Shown: positions 1-14,550, counted from the stretch's first letter. The stretch: DNA of 64,000 bases from Eledone cirrhosa (GCA_964016885.1 OZ024743.1:82398001-82462000), one strand, 5' to 3'. Numbers and translations: made by a program. The notes: generated from the sequence alone by a model not told the origin.

Positions 1-53
1 TACACATAAATATATGAATGTGCTTCACTCAGTGTTTGTGTGCCTCTATGTAG

Positions 54-148
<95 letters not shown>

Positions 149-151
<3 letters not shown>

Positions 152-312
152 GTTTCCAAGGCCAGCAATAACCCAGTACATTACTGGTACTTTATGTTAT
201 CGACCCCGTAAGGATGAAAGGCAAAGTTAATCTCGACAGGATTTAGACTCAGACCGTAAAGGGACGTAACTATGCTGGAAAGTATGGTGTCCGACCATCT
301 ACCGATACTACC
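149..312 (-). mobile_element. tRNA-derived SINE copy (family S1)
   Basis: Matches the ~190-bp unit repeated across the window. On the sense strand it reads A-box TGGCAGTATCGG, B-box GAGTTCAAATCCC, then CCTTTCATCCTTACGGGGTCGATAAAATAAAGTACCAG (resembles the MetaSINE central domain) and a 3' GCCTTGTGCCAAAAGTAGAAACAAT end. Confidence 0.8.
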
Positions 313-323
313 TTATATATATA

Positions 324-488
324 ATTCTTTCTACTTTTTGGCACAAGGCCAGCATTACCCAGTGTATTACTGGTACTTTATTTTATCGACCCCTCGGCGG
401 GATTCGAACTCAGAATGGCAAGGGCCGTAACTCTATGCGTCAAAGCATAGCGTCCGACCCTCTCCCAATACTGCCAATCCACCGCCTT
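324..488 (-). mobile_element. SINE S1 copy, tandem with the previous one
   Basis: Same unit with an internal deletion; head GGCGGTGGATTGGCAGTA on the minus strand. Confidence 0.8.
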
Positions 489-1399
489 ATATATATAATG
501 TTTGAAAATAGTCCCTCTTTTGGGAAGCCGCCACTCTGCAGATAACTATAAATATACATCGATATAGCACCAACATCATTTACTTGTTCTATCTTTATAT
601 ACCATAATAAAGTACACCCCCCCCCCCCTCTCTCTCTCTCAATCGTTGTCTATCAATATGAATTTCTCCGATAAGTTGACTTCTCTCATCTCTCTATCTC
701 TCCTGTTTCTCCTTCTGTCGCTCACTCTACTCTGTCTTTCCTATTAGTTTGTTGAGTTCGTTGTCGGCCGTACCTAAATACTGCAAAGCATTCTGTCCCG
801 ACACTCTACCGATTTTCCCAGCCTACAGAAGATACTGTCAGATATCTCACATCCAACGAAATAAAATGTAGCAGGCAGGCAGTCAGGCATACGCAGGTGC
901 CCCACCCCCATTCACCAGCCCTCGACCTTCTAATCCCTGTCCAGCTTCGCTACATACATAAATGACTCCCTTGCAAAAACTAGAAAACTATGTTGGTGGG
1001 GAACACTGAAAACAGTGTGACCTATATATACCGTCCCCTTTACTGACACAGTCACAAGCCCTACTACGTTGCTGGCCTACTACTATGAGGCCTTGAACGT
1101 CTCACAAATACCTGGATATTTCCTTCTTTTATAGCTGAGTTTATTTCAAGGGAGTTTTAGAACAGTGCAAACTTTTTAGGGAGATGACACGACCCAGTGT
1201 CTGATATTCCCTGAGTGTGAGAAGCATGTGTTATCGCTATGTTATATATTTTATGAGTGTTTTCAGTCATCATCATATTATATACGAACTAAGCAGATAA
1301 GGTTATAACAGAATGTAAACTTTCTGCTCAATATTCGATTTAGAAATACACAAGCAGGGGCCAACTGCTTTATAGAGAGTTAATAACATTGTTTTATAG

Positions 1400-2165
1400 T
1401 CTGTAATAACCCCTATCGTTTGTCCTCTTCATCAAATAAATGTTCGCACAAATCAAACAATCACAGCCTCTACCATCATCGTAGTCTTCTATTAAGTTGT
1501 GTATAGGAAGCTGATATCGTCTTATAGTCTTGTAAAACTATCGTCTGACAAACTCATCCTTTAGTTCATTCGTTTCCTTCACAGACAATCACATCTTCGA
1601 CTATCATCATAGCTTAGTAGGAATCTCTCGTTTATCCAATGACCCTTTAGACGGACTATCCGTACGGCTTAGTAGAAGAAACCCTGGGTATTTTTCTTCA
1701 AAGGAAGAAGCTGATAATATCATTTCATAGTCTGTGTACTTTGTAAAACTATATCGTCTGGTTCATTCATTTTCGTTATATACAAGCAGTCACACACAAC
1801 CTTGACTATTAAATATGGCTTACTAAGGAACCCTTGTGTGTGTGTGTTAGAAATACCTGTGTATTTTACCTTTATCGGAATCTAACAGAAGCGTTTCATC
1901 GTTTCTACTTTATGAAATTGTTTCTCGTCTGTTCTCATTCAATGTCCTTTATATAGAGACCGTCATAACCTCCACTAAACATTGTACCGTCTGCCTTCAA
2001 TGTCCCCATTGGAGAGTCTATCATAGCTTACACCATTATCATGGCTTGGTAGAGACCCCCGTGTGTGCCAGATCTGGATATTTTGCCTTCAAAGGTGGCA
2101 GCTGATAATATCGTTCTATAGTCTGTATTTTGTAAAAACTCTATCGTCTGGTTCATTCATTCATC
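1400..2165. repeat. Degenerate ~200-bp tandem repeat
   Basis: GCTGATA..TCGT..TATAGTCT..TTGTAAAACT..ATCGTCTG recurs at about 1510, 1711 and 2101. Confidence 0.55.
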
Positions 2166-2199
2166 CACAACATTTACTACTAACTCAGGTTTGCTACAA

Positions 2200-2400
2200 G
2201 ATACCAAATCAGTTGCGCCGTTTATTTATGACTCTTTACATTCTGAGTTCAAATCCCATTGAGGTTAGATTTGTCTTTCCTCCTTATGGGGGGGGGGGGG
2301 GGGTCGATAAAATAAAGCACCAATAATGTACTGGGGTCGATTTATCGACATTCCCCTCCCCACAAATTGCTGGTCTCGTGCCTATAGTAGAAATTATTAT
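2200..2400 (+). mobile_element. Diverged SINE related to S1
   Basis: TTCTGAGTTCAAATCCC B-box followed by GGGGTCGATAAAATAAAGCACC. Confidence 0.65.
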
Positions 2401-2883
2401 TATTTTAGTCTTAATATAATTATTTCGTGTTGTTACTGCATTAAGCAGTTCCGTTTTGTGTGGTTTGGTATGTATAGTGTTGTTGTTGGTGGTGGTGTTG
2501 GTGGTGTTGGTGGTGGTGTTGGTGGTGTTGTTGGTGGTGCTATTCTTGTCTATTGAGAGTTCTCTTTGTAATATATCTGTAGTGTATAGTAGTACTATTT
2601 TCTGTATGCTGTATATATTTGGAAGTTCTGCGGTTTTCGTTATGTCTGTGTGTGTGTGTGCTGTATATTTGTAGGTCCTGGAGTTTTTGTTATGTATCTG
2701 TCTGTGTGTGTGTGTTTTATCATTCCCAGAACACCGAATTGTATTTTCCTCATCAACATTCGGGTTATTACTATCTCTAGATCTTTACATTTGGATAATT
2801 TCTCCATTTCCTTGATTGAGATAGTGTCGTCTGTGGGGATACATCAATATTATTAATTGGCAGAATATTATTAATTGATGGAA

Positions 2884-3050
2884 TGGCAGAGATGTTAAAT
2901 CATCGGACAGAATCAATTGCGGCATTTATTCCAGCTTTTAGCGTGTGAGTTCAAATCCCGCTGAGGTCAACCTTGCCTTTCATCCTTGCAGGGTCGTTAA
3001 AATGAAGTACCAGTTAAGTACTGGGTTAGATATAATGGATATTCCTCTTA
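2884..3050 (+). mobile_element. Diverged SINE related to S1
   Basis: TGGCAGA A-box, GAGTTCAAATCCCG B-box, GCCTTTCATCCTT..GGGTCG..AAGTACCAG. Confidence 0.7.
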
Positions 3051-3250
3051 CCTCACATCGATGATTTACTGCTAATGTTGGAATTATTGTTACTGTTGTT
3101 GTTGTTGCTAATTTTAGCAGTTTTCTGCTTTAAAATTGTAATTTAAAAACATGAGAATTCCATTGAGTATCGTAACACTTATGGTACCGGCTAAAACCGG
3201 CTCTGGTTATATGGTACAAAGCCACCGATTTGAAAGGGGTTCCTTTTTGA

Positions 3251-3306
<56 letters not shown>

Positions 3307-3319
3307 ATGTGTCTGTATA

Positions 3320-3354
<35 letters not shown>

Positions 3355-3489
3355 GTATATGTATGTGTATGTGTGTGTGTGTGTGTATATATATATAGAC
3401 TCTCTGTATATATATATATATATACAGAGAGTCTAAGGTGAAGTTACTGTATTATATATATAAGTATACCGAGAACAAATGTTTCACCT

Positions 3490-3568
<79 letters not shown>

Positions 3569-4091
3569 AGTGGTTTAGTTGATTCGTAGCTTACTGAGAA
3601 GGCTACCAAAATCAACACTCTATGCAACGGCAGTGTATATATTAAAAACAAAACGGTTTCACATTCAGGTCTTTATTAATTATATATATACATACATATA
3701 TATATATATATATATATGCACGAAGGTAGGTATATATGTATGTAGGAGTAAGCAGTAAAACATATACGTCCTATGTGATACACTCCAAGTAAAGTCCCCT
3801 ACACTGAACCCGGAAGGTCAACGTTGTGTTATATGGCTATATTAAAGCAGCACATATCACATAGATCACTCCGCTAAGCAAGCTAGCTACGTAGTTATGG
3901 GAGAACTATTTTCAAAGAACCCCCAACGTTAGTCTATATTAAGCAAAGACATGTAGACGACCTACATTAGTGAAATTCACACCAAACAACTACCGTTACT
4001 ATTGTCGTTGTGAACTATTCCGCGAAAGAAAATAAGTCACACAACCTAAACAGTTTCTATCAAGGAAATTATCATATGTATATATATATGA

Positions 4092-4133
<42 letters not shown>

Positions 4134-4353
4134 GGGGAGAGAGAGAGATTCGTTGTTTATGCATATGTGTGTATGATATATATATATGGATATATATATA
4201 TCATACACTCATGCGTAATTACTCAAGCAATGCTCGAGACTCAAGAAATAACAGCTAATTTTTCCATACCCAACTATATATAAAACGAAGAATTATATAT
4301 AAATATATAAATATATACATATATATATATATACACGCATGTATTCACATGCG

Positions 4354-4384
<31 letters not shown>

Positions 4385-4480
4385 GCATGTATTCAAATGC
4401 ACATACAAACTTGTAAGCAGGAAAATGTATCACATGAGTATATATATGTATGAATATGTGATTTTAGATATGTATATGTG

Positions 4481-4529
<49 letters not shown>

Positions 4530-4731
4530 ACACATACAAACCTAAATCTGTACAAACACACACACACACACGTCGCGCGCGCACACATACAAGATAGTCT
4601 TTTTAAAATGTCACATGTATTTTCCATCTAACACTAATTTGGAAGAAATAGCAAACAAACAATATGAACATTCCATCGTATATATACATGTGTATATATT
4701 TTACGTATAAAAAATATATGTACAAGTTTAA

Positions 4732-4833
<102 letters not shown>

Positions 4834-4897
4834 ATATGTATATATATATATATATGTATATATGTATATATGTATATATGTATATATATATATATAC

Positions 4898-5090
4898 GAA
4901 AAAGTATGACCCCGACGGCAGAGCTCAAGCCGTTTCGACGGCTATTTCTGAGTCCAGAAATAGCCGTCGAAACGGCTTGAGCTCTGCCGTCGGGGTCATA
5001 CTTTTTCCTATTTCCACTCTACTAACCTAAGTATTGAGTACTCTGGTGCGTTATGGTCCATTTGGTTCCTTACCACAATTCCTTTGTTAT
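4898..5090 (+). mobile_element. Fold-back element family A in (TA)n, carrying the 3' half of a hammerhead
   Basis: Near-perfect ~110-bp palindrome (4898-5007) plus an ~80-bp one-sided tail. Contains GAAA-CGGC-loop-GCCG-TC-GGGG, i.e. HHR stem III and a GUC site. Flanked by (TA)n on both sides. Confidence 0.8.
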
Positions 5091-5341
5091 ATATATATAT
5101 ATATGAGTATATATTTTATGTATAAATATACAGATGCATGTATATACATGTATATGTTTTGTGTACAAAAATATATAGGCATACGTACATATATATAAAT
5201 TGTATTTATTTTATGTATAAGAATATATAGATGTATATACTACACACATTTATATATAAAATATTTATGTATATATGTATATATATATATTATGTATGAA
5301 AATGTATATGCAGGCTTATAGATATGTTTCAATATGATATA

Positions 5342-5377
<36 letters not shown>

Positions 5378-5407
5378 TGTACATATATGTATCTATATAC
5401 ATATACG

Positions 5408-5488
<81 letters not shown>

Positions 5489-5727
5489 GTATGTATGTAT
5501 GCATATGTATATATATATATATATGTATACGTATATATATATGTGTATACATATGTATATCTATATATATATGAGTATATAACCAAAGATTAGTATGGTT
5601 CGTTGATTACTCAACGAATACAATTTTACAATAGATTAGAAGCACTCAACTGCGAGTTTTCTTGGAATTTTTAATATTATTCAAAATGTTAACAAATGAA
5701 AAATATGCTTATAATCAAAATATATAC

Positions 5728-5788
5728 TTTCATATATATATTTCAAAGGTACTGTGTTGTTTTTTCAGTACGTCCTCATCAGATGAAA
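5728..5788 (-). ncRNA. Type I hammerhead motif (family C), one nucleotide short at the cleavage site
   Basis: Minus strand: tttcat CTGATGA GGACGTACTG..CAGTACCTTT GAAA TATATA TA TGAAA. Confidence 0.6.
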
Positions 5789-5928
5789 TATATGATTTGA
5801 TATATGACATACCGCTATGGTCTTGATTATTCAATGCCAATACTGGAATTGTGTGTATAGCTATGTATGTGTATGTATATATGTATATGTGTATATATAT
5901 GTATATATATGTATATATATATATATAC

Positions 5929-5998
<70 letters not shown>

Positions 5999-6323
5999 GT
6001 ATATATATATATTTGTATGTATATGTATATATATATGTATATATATATGTATGTATATATATATGTATATGTATATATAAAGATATATGTATATGTATAT
6101 GTATATATATATATATGTATATGTGTATATATATATATGTATATATATATGTATATATCTATATGTATATATATATATATATATATACATATACATACAT
6201 ATATATATATAAAATTAGAATTGGTGCTCTAAAATAGCCATGTATACATGAATGTATATATACATTCATATATATGTATATATATATATATATATGTATA
6301 TAAATATGTATATATATATATGG

Positions 6324-6360
<37 letters not shown>

Positions 6361-6561
6361 TGTATGTATATATATGTATATGTATATAATTATATATATG
6401 TATATGTATATAGATATATATGTATATGCATATATATATATGTATATATACGTTTATGTATATATATATGTATATATACATAAATCTATAGACATATATA
6501 TACATATATATACATACACATATATATATATATACTTTTATATATATACATATTTATATAC

Positions 6562-6659
<98 letters not shown>

Positions 6660-6877
6660 GTGTGTGCGTATGCGTAAATGTATACATGCATATTTACAGA
6701 TTACTACATAAATATATATACTTCTTTAATCATATACAATGTTTTGTACTTTTTATCATTGTCCATTTATCTCACTTTTGTATTATTACAATGTGTGTGT
6801 ATATGTATATATACATACATACATATATATATATACATACGTATGTATATATATATATATATATATATATACATACG

Positions 6878-6916
<39 letters not shown>

Positions 6917-7148
6917 GATCGAAAATGCAACTGGAGTCTTTTTAAGAATATTATCAAAAGTATTATCAAAAGTATATCAAAAGTATTATTGAGATGTATA
7001 TATATATATGTAGTATTATTTATGTATATATATATATATACACATATAATGTATGTATCTATTTGCTTGCGTATATAAATCGGTAAATACACACTGATGC
7101 ATGTGTGCATAAATCATTCTATTTAGATTCAAGTGTTAACGTTTTAGC

Positions 7149-7185
<37 letters not shown>

Positions 7186-7409
7186 TTCTCTCTCCCTCTC
7201 TCTATATATCTCATACACACAATAATACCCAGAGGCACCTTCTACATAAAAAGCCCATTCTATTTATCTGTGTGTGGTCTGACATACTTGATGTAATGAA
7301 GACAAAAACTATTTTAATTAAAATTATTTAGGGGCCCAGCATATTAAGGCTATTATCCCCCACTTAACTATATATACAGAAAACGACATACAATACAGTG
7401 TATATATAT

Positions 7410-7451
<42 letters not shown>

Positions 7452-7663
7452 ACACACTATAGAGATTAGTCGCGACAGTTATACGATAAATATATATTCT
7501 CTACCATAGTATTGAGCAGTTTTTCCTCGTGTTTGTAATCAGAAATTTACGAATATGTACACAATATGTATATGTCCCCCCCAAAATGTATACATACTTC
7601 AACATCATTCTACTAAATATGTGTATACACCCTGTATATATATAAATATATTGTAAAGAGTTG

Positions 7664-7850
7664 GGAACCCGACGGATGAGCTGTTGCCGCTACAAAAGCC
7701 AGTTCCTGTCTCGAACTACCAGTTGAAACTGCAGCAGCTCAGCCATAGTGATTCCATCTCTTTATATAATATAATCAGACTCTACTACCCCAAGTATTGA
7801 GTACTCTGTTGAGTAATTCTCTAACTTGTCTCAAACTGGTTCTATCCTGA
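7664..7850 (+). mobile_element. Diverged family-A-like fold-back element
   Basis: Imperfect inverted arms (GGAACCCGACGG..GAGCTG / GAAACTGCAGCAGCTCAGCC) and tail CTCTACTACCCCAAGTATTGAGTACTCTG. Confidence 0.55.
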
Positions 7851-7919
<69 letters not shown>

Positions 7920-7921
<2 letters not shown>

Positions 7922-8205
7922 TCATCATCATCATCATCAGGTTTAGCGTCCGTGTTCCACGCTTGCATGGGTTTGGACGGGGGTTTTCCCACTTGAGGCA
8001 AGAGTGGTTGTCTTGCTCGCATAGGACTGTCTGGCGGGTTTTCTACAGTTGGATGCCCTTCCTAACACCAACCACATTTACAGTGTGGGGCTGGAAGGTT
8101 TTTACCGTGTTGCCTACACGGCCACATTTACAGCGTGGACTGTGTGTTTTTTGTCGTGACACCGACACGATCTCATTTGTTTCGGACTGGATGTTGTGGG
8201 AGCTG
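7920..8205 (-). mobile_element. Interspersed SINE-like repeat (GGATGCCCTTCCT family) with (CAT)n tail
   Basis: Similar to 57376-57590; (CAT)n end and TTTCTAC..GGATGCCCTTCC..CACATTTACAGTGTG. Confidence 0.55.
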
Positions 8206-8269
8206 TTTCTGGACTGTTAGTCCAGAAATAGCCGTCGAAACGGCTTGAGCTCTGCTGTCGGGGTCATAC

Positions 8270-8289
<20 letters not shown>

Positions 8290-8310
<21 letters not shown>

Positions 8311-8663
8311 TGGAAGGGATATTTAATTTCTTGGAAATTCAACTAATATAAATGTTTATATTATAACTGATTCAGAGCACTCGACAGTTTCTGGAATAAA
8401 TATTCAATGATATTAAATAATTGGAAACTATATTTATAAAACCATATTTATTCTATTATATATATTTCAAGGGTACCAAAAACTTTGGTACGCTTTCATC
8501 AGATAAAATACAAAGAGTGTTTTATAAATTTTGACAGCCAAAGCAAACATACCTTATCAGTTGAATATTCAACTGAAAGCGTACCAAAGTTTTTGTTACC
8601 CTTGAAATATATATAATAGAATAAATATGGTTTTATAAATATAGTTCCCATTTATTTAAAATC

Positions 8664-8667
<4 letters not shown>
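8290..8667 (-). mobile_element. Family C pLTR-like element with partial inverted copy, in (TA)n
   Basis: 8408-8497 is inverted at 8574-8665; related to 5590-5850, 54730-55169 and 55380-55540. Confidence 0.7.
8449..8510 (-). ncRNA. Type I hammerhead ribozyme motif (family C)
   Basis: Minus strand: tattttat CTGATGA AAGCGTACCAAAG-TT-TTTGGTACCCTT GAAA TATATA TA atagaata. Stem I pairs with one G-U. Confidence 0.75.
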
Positions 8668-8712
<45 letters not shown>

Positions 8713-9449
8713 GTATTAAGGTTGAGCTTGTGTCAGGTTATACAAATGTTACTGTGAATACACAAACAACACTAATATATTTTTTAGAGCTATGTAAAAA
8801 TGTATTCTCTTCTATTGCATTGGAAATAATTAAACAAATGTATGTAGACATGGTAAAATTTGAAATGGATTTCCCAAAGGGAATGACCATGATAATAGTC
8901 TATCATTGTAGAAACAATTATAAAAGAGAAAATCGGATAAAACATCCCTGGGGACAGGACAATAGTAAAGAGAGGACCCGAAAATTCTCCGTTTGTATTT
9001 TATTGCAGCCTCAATATAAATACATATTCACATTACTCATCAAGTTCAAATTTATATTTATATATATATACATATATAATAATAAATATAAATATATAAT
9101 AAATATATAAATATATAATATAATATATATAATATATATAATAATAAATATATATATATATATAATAAATATATATATGTATAATATATATATATATATA
9201 TTGTTATACTATAATAATATATATATATATATAATAAATATATAATGTATAATATATATATATACATATATAATAATAAATATATATATATAATAAATAT
9301 ATAATGTATAATATATATATATACATATATAATAATAAATATATATATATAATAAATATATAATGTATAATATATATATATACATATATAATAATAAATA
9401 TATAATGTATAATATATATATATAATGTATAATATATATATATATAATG

Positions 9450-9535
<86 letters not shown>

Positions 9536-9537
<2 letters not shown>

Positions 9538-9893
9538 TTGAGGGCGGTAGACGCAGCTAGAAGCTGCAAAGTTGCCGGTCGCCCTCTTGTCTCTGATTTA
9601 AACACCATGGATTTTTATCTGTTATATTCCTTCGTTATATCTTGAATTACCTGATGATGTCACCGGATTCATACCGAACCCGGTCATTGAAATGATCATA
9701 GTATAATAAACCTTTCAAGGATTTACACCAGTCCAGCCTCCTGTTATTTTGTAATAATTAACTCCGTACTCGCACCATCTACACAAACGAAGACGGGTGA
9801 GTTGCATTACGTTGAGTGCTTTCCATAACATTACATCGTGGTTGACCACACAGAATGAACAGTTCTAACCAGAGGTGAACCAACAAACCCAAA
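9536..9893 (+). mobile_element. Family F pLTR-like island in (TA)n
   Basis: High similarity to 52200-52562 and 17750-17860. Confidence 0.75.
9647..9704 (+). ncRNA. Type I hammerhead motif (family F)
   Basis: tac CTGATGA TGTCACCGG..CCGGTCATT GAAA TGATCA TA gta, with palindromic stem III TGATCA. Confidence 0.7.
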
Positions 9894-10048
9894 TATATAT
9901 ATATATATATATTTTATTAATATTTGTATTTTAATATTAATAACTCTGGAAAATATTTTCACTGTAGAGTGCTTCCAATCTACTGTAAAACTCATACTTT
10001 GATGTACTCATTGAATCTTGTATAACTCTTTAATATATATATATATAT

Positions 10049-10228
10049 AACGAAGGAAATGTGGTAAGGAATCAGATGGACCATAACGCACCAAAGTACT
10101 CAATACTTAGGGTAGTAGAGTGGGTAATAGGAACAAGTATGATCCGACGACAGAGCTCAAGCCGTTTCGACGGCTCAGAATTAGCCGTCGAAACGGCTTG
10201 AGCTCTGCCGTCGGGGTGATACTTGTTT
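10049..10228 (-). mobile_element. Fold-back element family A
   Basis: Tail at 10049-10130, then palindrome 10132-10227 with apex CGGCTCAGAATTAGCCG; flanked by (TA)n. Confidence 0.8.
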
Positions 10229-10229
10229 C

Positions 10230-10311
<82 letters not shown>

Positions 10312-10324
10312 AATAAATATATAT

Positions 10325-10450
10325 CAAGATGGTATCAGTGAGAAACTGGTTAAAATGTATTCACCAGAATACTCAAAACTTGTGGTAGTAGCTTATGGCT
10401 ATATGAAAGAGTCAGAATCCTGACGGCTGAGCTCTTGCCGTTTCAACATC
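10325..10450 (-). mobile_element. Distant family-A relative (single arm)
   Basis: Minus strand: GAAA CGGC AAGAGCTCA GCCG TC AGG ... TTTTGAGTATTCTGG. Confidence 0.5.
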
Positions 10451-10648
10451 TAATTATATATATATACATATATAAATTTGAACCTGACGGAATATATATA
10501 TTGAACTTCGCATATATATACTTATATATGTACACACACACATATATATGTGTGTGTATGTGTATTAGTTGTAGTGCACATGAACACCTTACACAATAAT
10601 CCTAATTATATATATATATGTATATATATATATGTATATATATATATA

Positions 10649-10720
<72 letters not shown>

Positions 10721-11247
10721 CACGCATGGACACCTGTTTAAATTTATATGAAACGTTTGTATATATTAATGTGTAAGGTAGATTAGCTCATGCTAAAGTC
10801 ACTTCTTTACTCAATGTAGGTAATAAACAATGTGTATATAGATTTTTAAATTTCCACGTGTGTATATGCAGGGGTGGTGGTAGCATTTCTGTCCGGAGGG
10901 GGTTGGGCAAATTTAGTCAATTTAGTTGTAGTGATTAGTTTAGCTCTTTGCACTCTAAAATGGTCGGAAAACTTCGATATGCGATAAACATAACATGTAC
11001 ATAAATTGTAGCGTATATACAAATAGATGTGTGTTTTGGTAGTTTGGGGAGAAAAATATAATTATGGGGGGGTCGCTCTGCCCCCCCCCCTCCCAGTTCC
11101 ACCGCCCATGATATGTGTGTATATATTACAACCCCACCCCCCTCAGACAATATGTATGTGTGTATATAATTCCAGTACAGCCTCGGACAGAGTGCTCTGT
11201 CAACTTTGAATATATTTGAATATATTTTGTTCATACAAAATTCACTA

Positions 11248-11289
<42 letters not shown>

Positions 11290-11351
11290 CCTATCTCTCT
11301 CTCTCTTTATATATATATATAGCGTGGAAGAGAGACATTAAACGATGATGA

Positions 11352-11385
<34 letters not shown>

Positions 11386-11475
11386 AGGACTCAGCACATT
11401 TATCACTCTCAAGCGTGAATCTAATACTAACACTGTTTGTACTGTACTCTTCGTTATTGCTTTTTATTTTTAACT

Positions 11476-11574
<99 letters not shown>

Positions 11575-11618
11575 CTGTGTGTATATATATATATATATTA
11601 TATATATGTGTGTGTGTG

Positions 11619-11654
<36 letters not shown>

Positions 11655-11661
11655 TATATAT

Positions 11662-11731
<70 letters not shown>

Positions 11732-11766
11732 TATATACATATACATATACATATATATATATATAC

Positions 11767-11799
<33 letters not shown>

Positions 11800-11816
11800 C
11801 CCATATATATATTTAC

Positions 11817-11935
<119 letters not shown>

Positions 11936-12073
11936 CATATAATTGGATACTTAGTAAAATCGAATCTCTGTCGGTGTGCAAGCAAATTCGGCCTACTATA
12001 TATATATATATATATACATATACACACATATATATATACATATATATATAATATAAAGAGTATTATGTATATA

Positions 12074-12652
12074 ATCCCGCCGACGTTAACTTTGCCTTTC
12101 ATCCTTACAGGGTCGATGAAATAAAGTACCAGTAATACACTGGGATAATTGCTGGCCTTGTGCCAAAAGTAGTAACAATCATGTATTAATAATATAATGT
12201 ATTATATGTATAATACAAAGTATTATGTACGTCCCTTTACGATCTGAGTTCAAATCTCGCCGAGGTTGACTTGCCTTTCATCCTTACGGGGTCGATACAA
12301 AAAGTACCAGTAATGCACTGGGTTATTGCTGGCCTTGTGCCTAAAGTAGAAACAATTATATATATATTATATATATATAATTTAACGTATATATATATAT
12401 GTAATACAAATATGAAATTATATATATAAATCATATACAATCCATATAATATATATATATTATATATAATTGTTTCTATTTTTGGCACAAGGCCAGCAAT
12501 TACCCAGTACATTACTGGTACTTTATTTTATCGACCCCATCAGGATGAAAGGCAAAGTTGACCTCGGCGGGATTTGAACTCAGAATGGCAAGGGCCGTAA
12601 CTCTATGCGTCAAAGCATGACGTCCGACCCTCTACCCATACTGCCAATCCAC
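12074..12652. mobile_element. Cluster of three S1 SINE copies (12074-12180 +, 12228-12358 +, 12469-12652 -)
   Basis: Direct sequence similarity to the S1 unit; the last two are tail-to-tail inverted. Confidence 0.8.
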
Positions 12653-12993
12653 TCATAATGTCAATTAAAAAGTTGTCCCTAAAATTTAGACATGTCATTG
12701 AAAGATACATTATCAACTCAGAGAAGTAGATATTCTGGAGACGGAGTGAAATTCTTTCCAATATTGGTTATTCTAAACATTCGAAATTATAAATATTGTT
12801 TCTTAATTCCAGAATCCATGGCTAGGGAAATAATAAACGTATTTTAGTTGGACTATATCACAGACGAGAGTTTCGTTTAAGTTTATAAATAAAAGTTCCT
12901 CAATTTAGGGGTATCGCGAAAGGTTACCTAGGGCCACTGCAATATGTGTGTGACGGGAATATGTTGGATAAAATGTATTTATATTATATATAT

Positions 12994-13068
<75 letters not shown>

Positions 13069-13147
13069 ATATAGAAAGGTTTCTGCAGGACTAGAACTGG
13101 TTCATGGAGGAGAAATCATCAGGAAGCTGGCTGTCCAAGTAATATGG

Positions 13148-13183
<36 letters not shown>

Positions 13184-13287
13184 TACACACACATACACAC
13201 ACACACACACACACACAAAATATAAATGTTGAATAAGTCGGGTATATTAAGCTTGAGAGAGACAAAAATGTCAGAAGGAATTGAAAT

Positions 13288-13335
<48 letters not shown>

Positions 13336-13523
13336 ACACACACACATATATATATATATACGTGTGGGTGTGTGTGTGTGTGCGGTTAAAATGACAATAG
13401 TCGCAGATTGAAAACAAAATATTTTTGTACAAACGATACTGGGAACAATGTTTATATAAATATATTCACTGTTGTCTGAACACATGAATGTTTACATTCT
13501 CTCACACACATATCAATGTATTA

Positions 13524-13554
<31 letters not shown>

Positions 13555-13555
<1 letters not shown>

Positions 13556-13730
13556 GGAAAAAGTACGACCCCGACGACAGAGCTTAAGCCGTTTCGACGG
13601 CTATTTCTGGACTCAAGAAATAGCCGTCGAAACGGCTTGAGCTCTGCCGTCGGGGTCATACTTTTTTCCTATTTCCCACTCTACTACCCTAAGTATTGAG
13701 TCCATCTGGTTCCTTACCACAATTCCTTTG

Positions 13731-13733
<3 letters not shown>
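13555..13733 (+). mobile_element. Fold-back element family A
   Basis: Palindrome 13555-13671 (apex CTGGACTCAAG) plus an internally deleted tail; (TA)n on both sides. Confidence 0.8.
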
Positions 13734-13780
<47 letters not shown>

Positions 13781-13919
13781 CACATATATATATATATAAT
13801 GTATGTATGGATATATATACATACATATCAATGTATATATATCCCGTTAAGGGGGAAAGCAGCGATACTTTGCTTAAACTTTAATCTGTTATTTTAATAA
13901 ATATATCTATATATATATA

Positions 13920-13977
<58 letters not shown>

Positions 13978-14155
13978 ACTGCGTAGATATATTTACGTGT
14001 GTATATATGTATACACAGCAAAAGCTTAAATGTAATGTTGAGAAACCTTTTTTTTTTTTTTGTTACTGAATTACAACTACTTCCTGTAGAAGAGAAAATG
14101 TTACAGACATTAACATCCTGATTTTAGTGCGAAAGTATATATATATATATATACA

Positions 14156-14206
<51 letters not shown>

Positions 14207-14210
<4 letters not shown>

Positions 14211-14550
14211 ATGAAATCGAAAATGCAACTGGAGTCTTATTTTTAAAAAAATATATATATTTATTTGGTTCCTTTACCGGTTTCGCAGTTCTTCACATTT
14301 TCAAAAGAAGAGTTGAGATGGAGGGTCTGTGGTTTTTCTCATATCAGATGTGAGAAAAACCACAGGCCCTCCATCTCAACTCTTCTTTTGAAAATGTGAA
14401 GAACTGCGAAACTGGTAAAGGAACCAAATAAATATATATATTCTTTTAAAAATAAGACTCCAGTTGCATTTTCGATTTCATCTTTTTTTCTTTATACTTT
14501 CACTCGTGTAGGACACCTCGGTTATTTTTCATTTCGTAAAAAAGCCTCAC

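Noticed and set aside
4898-5090. Fold-back elements interpreted as MITEs or miRNA precursors
   Set aside because: Arms are asymmetric with a one-sided tail, apices vary between copies, and they contain hammerhead parts; pairing is too perfect and too repetitive for miRNA genes.
10869-11110. Possible hAT-like MITE (CAGGGGTGGTGG..CCACCGCCCATG)
   Set aside because: TIRs are imperfect and there is no matching 8-bp TSD; single copy in the window.
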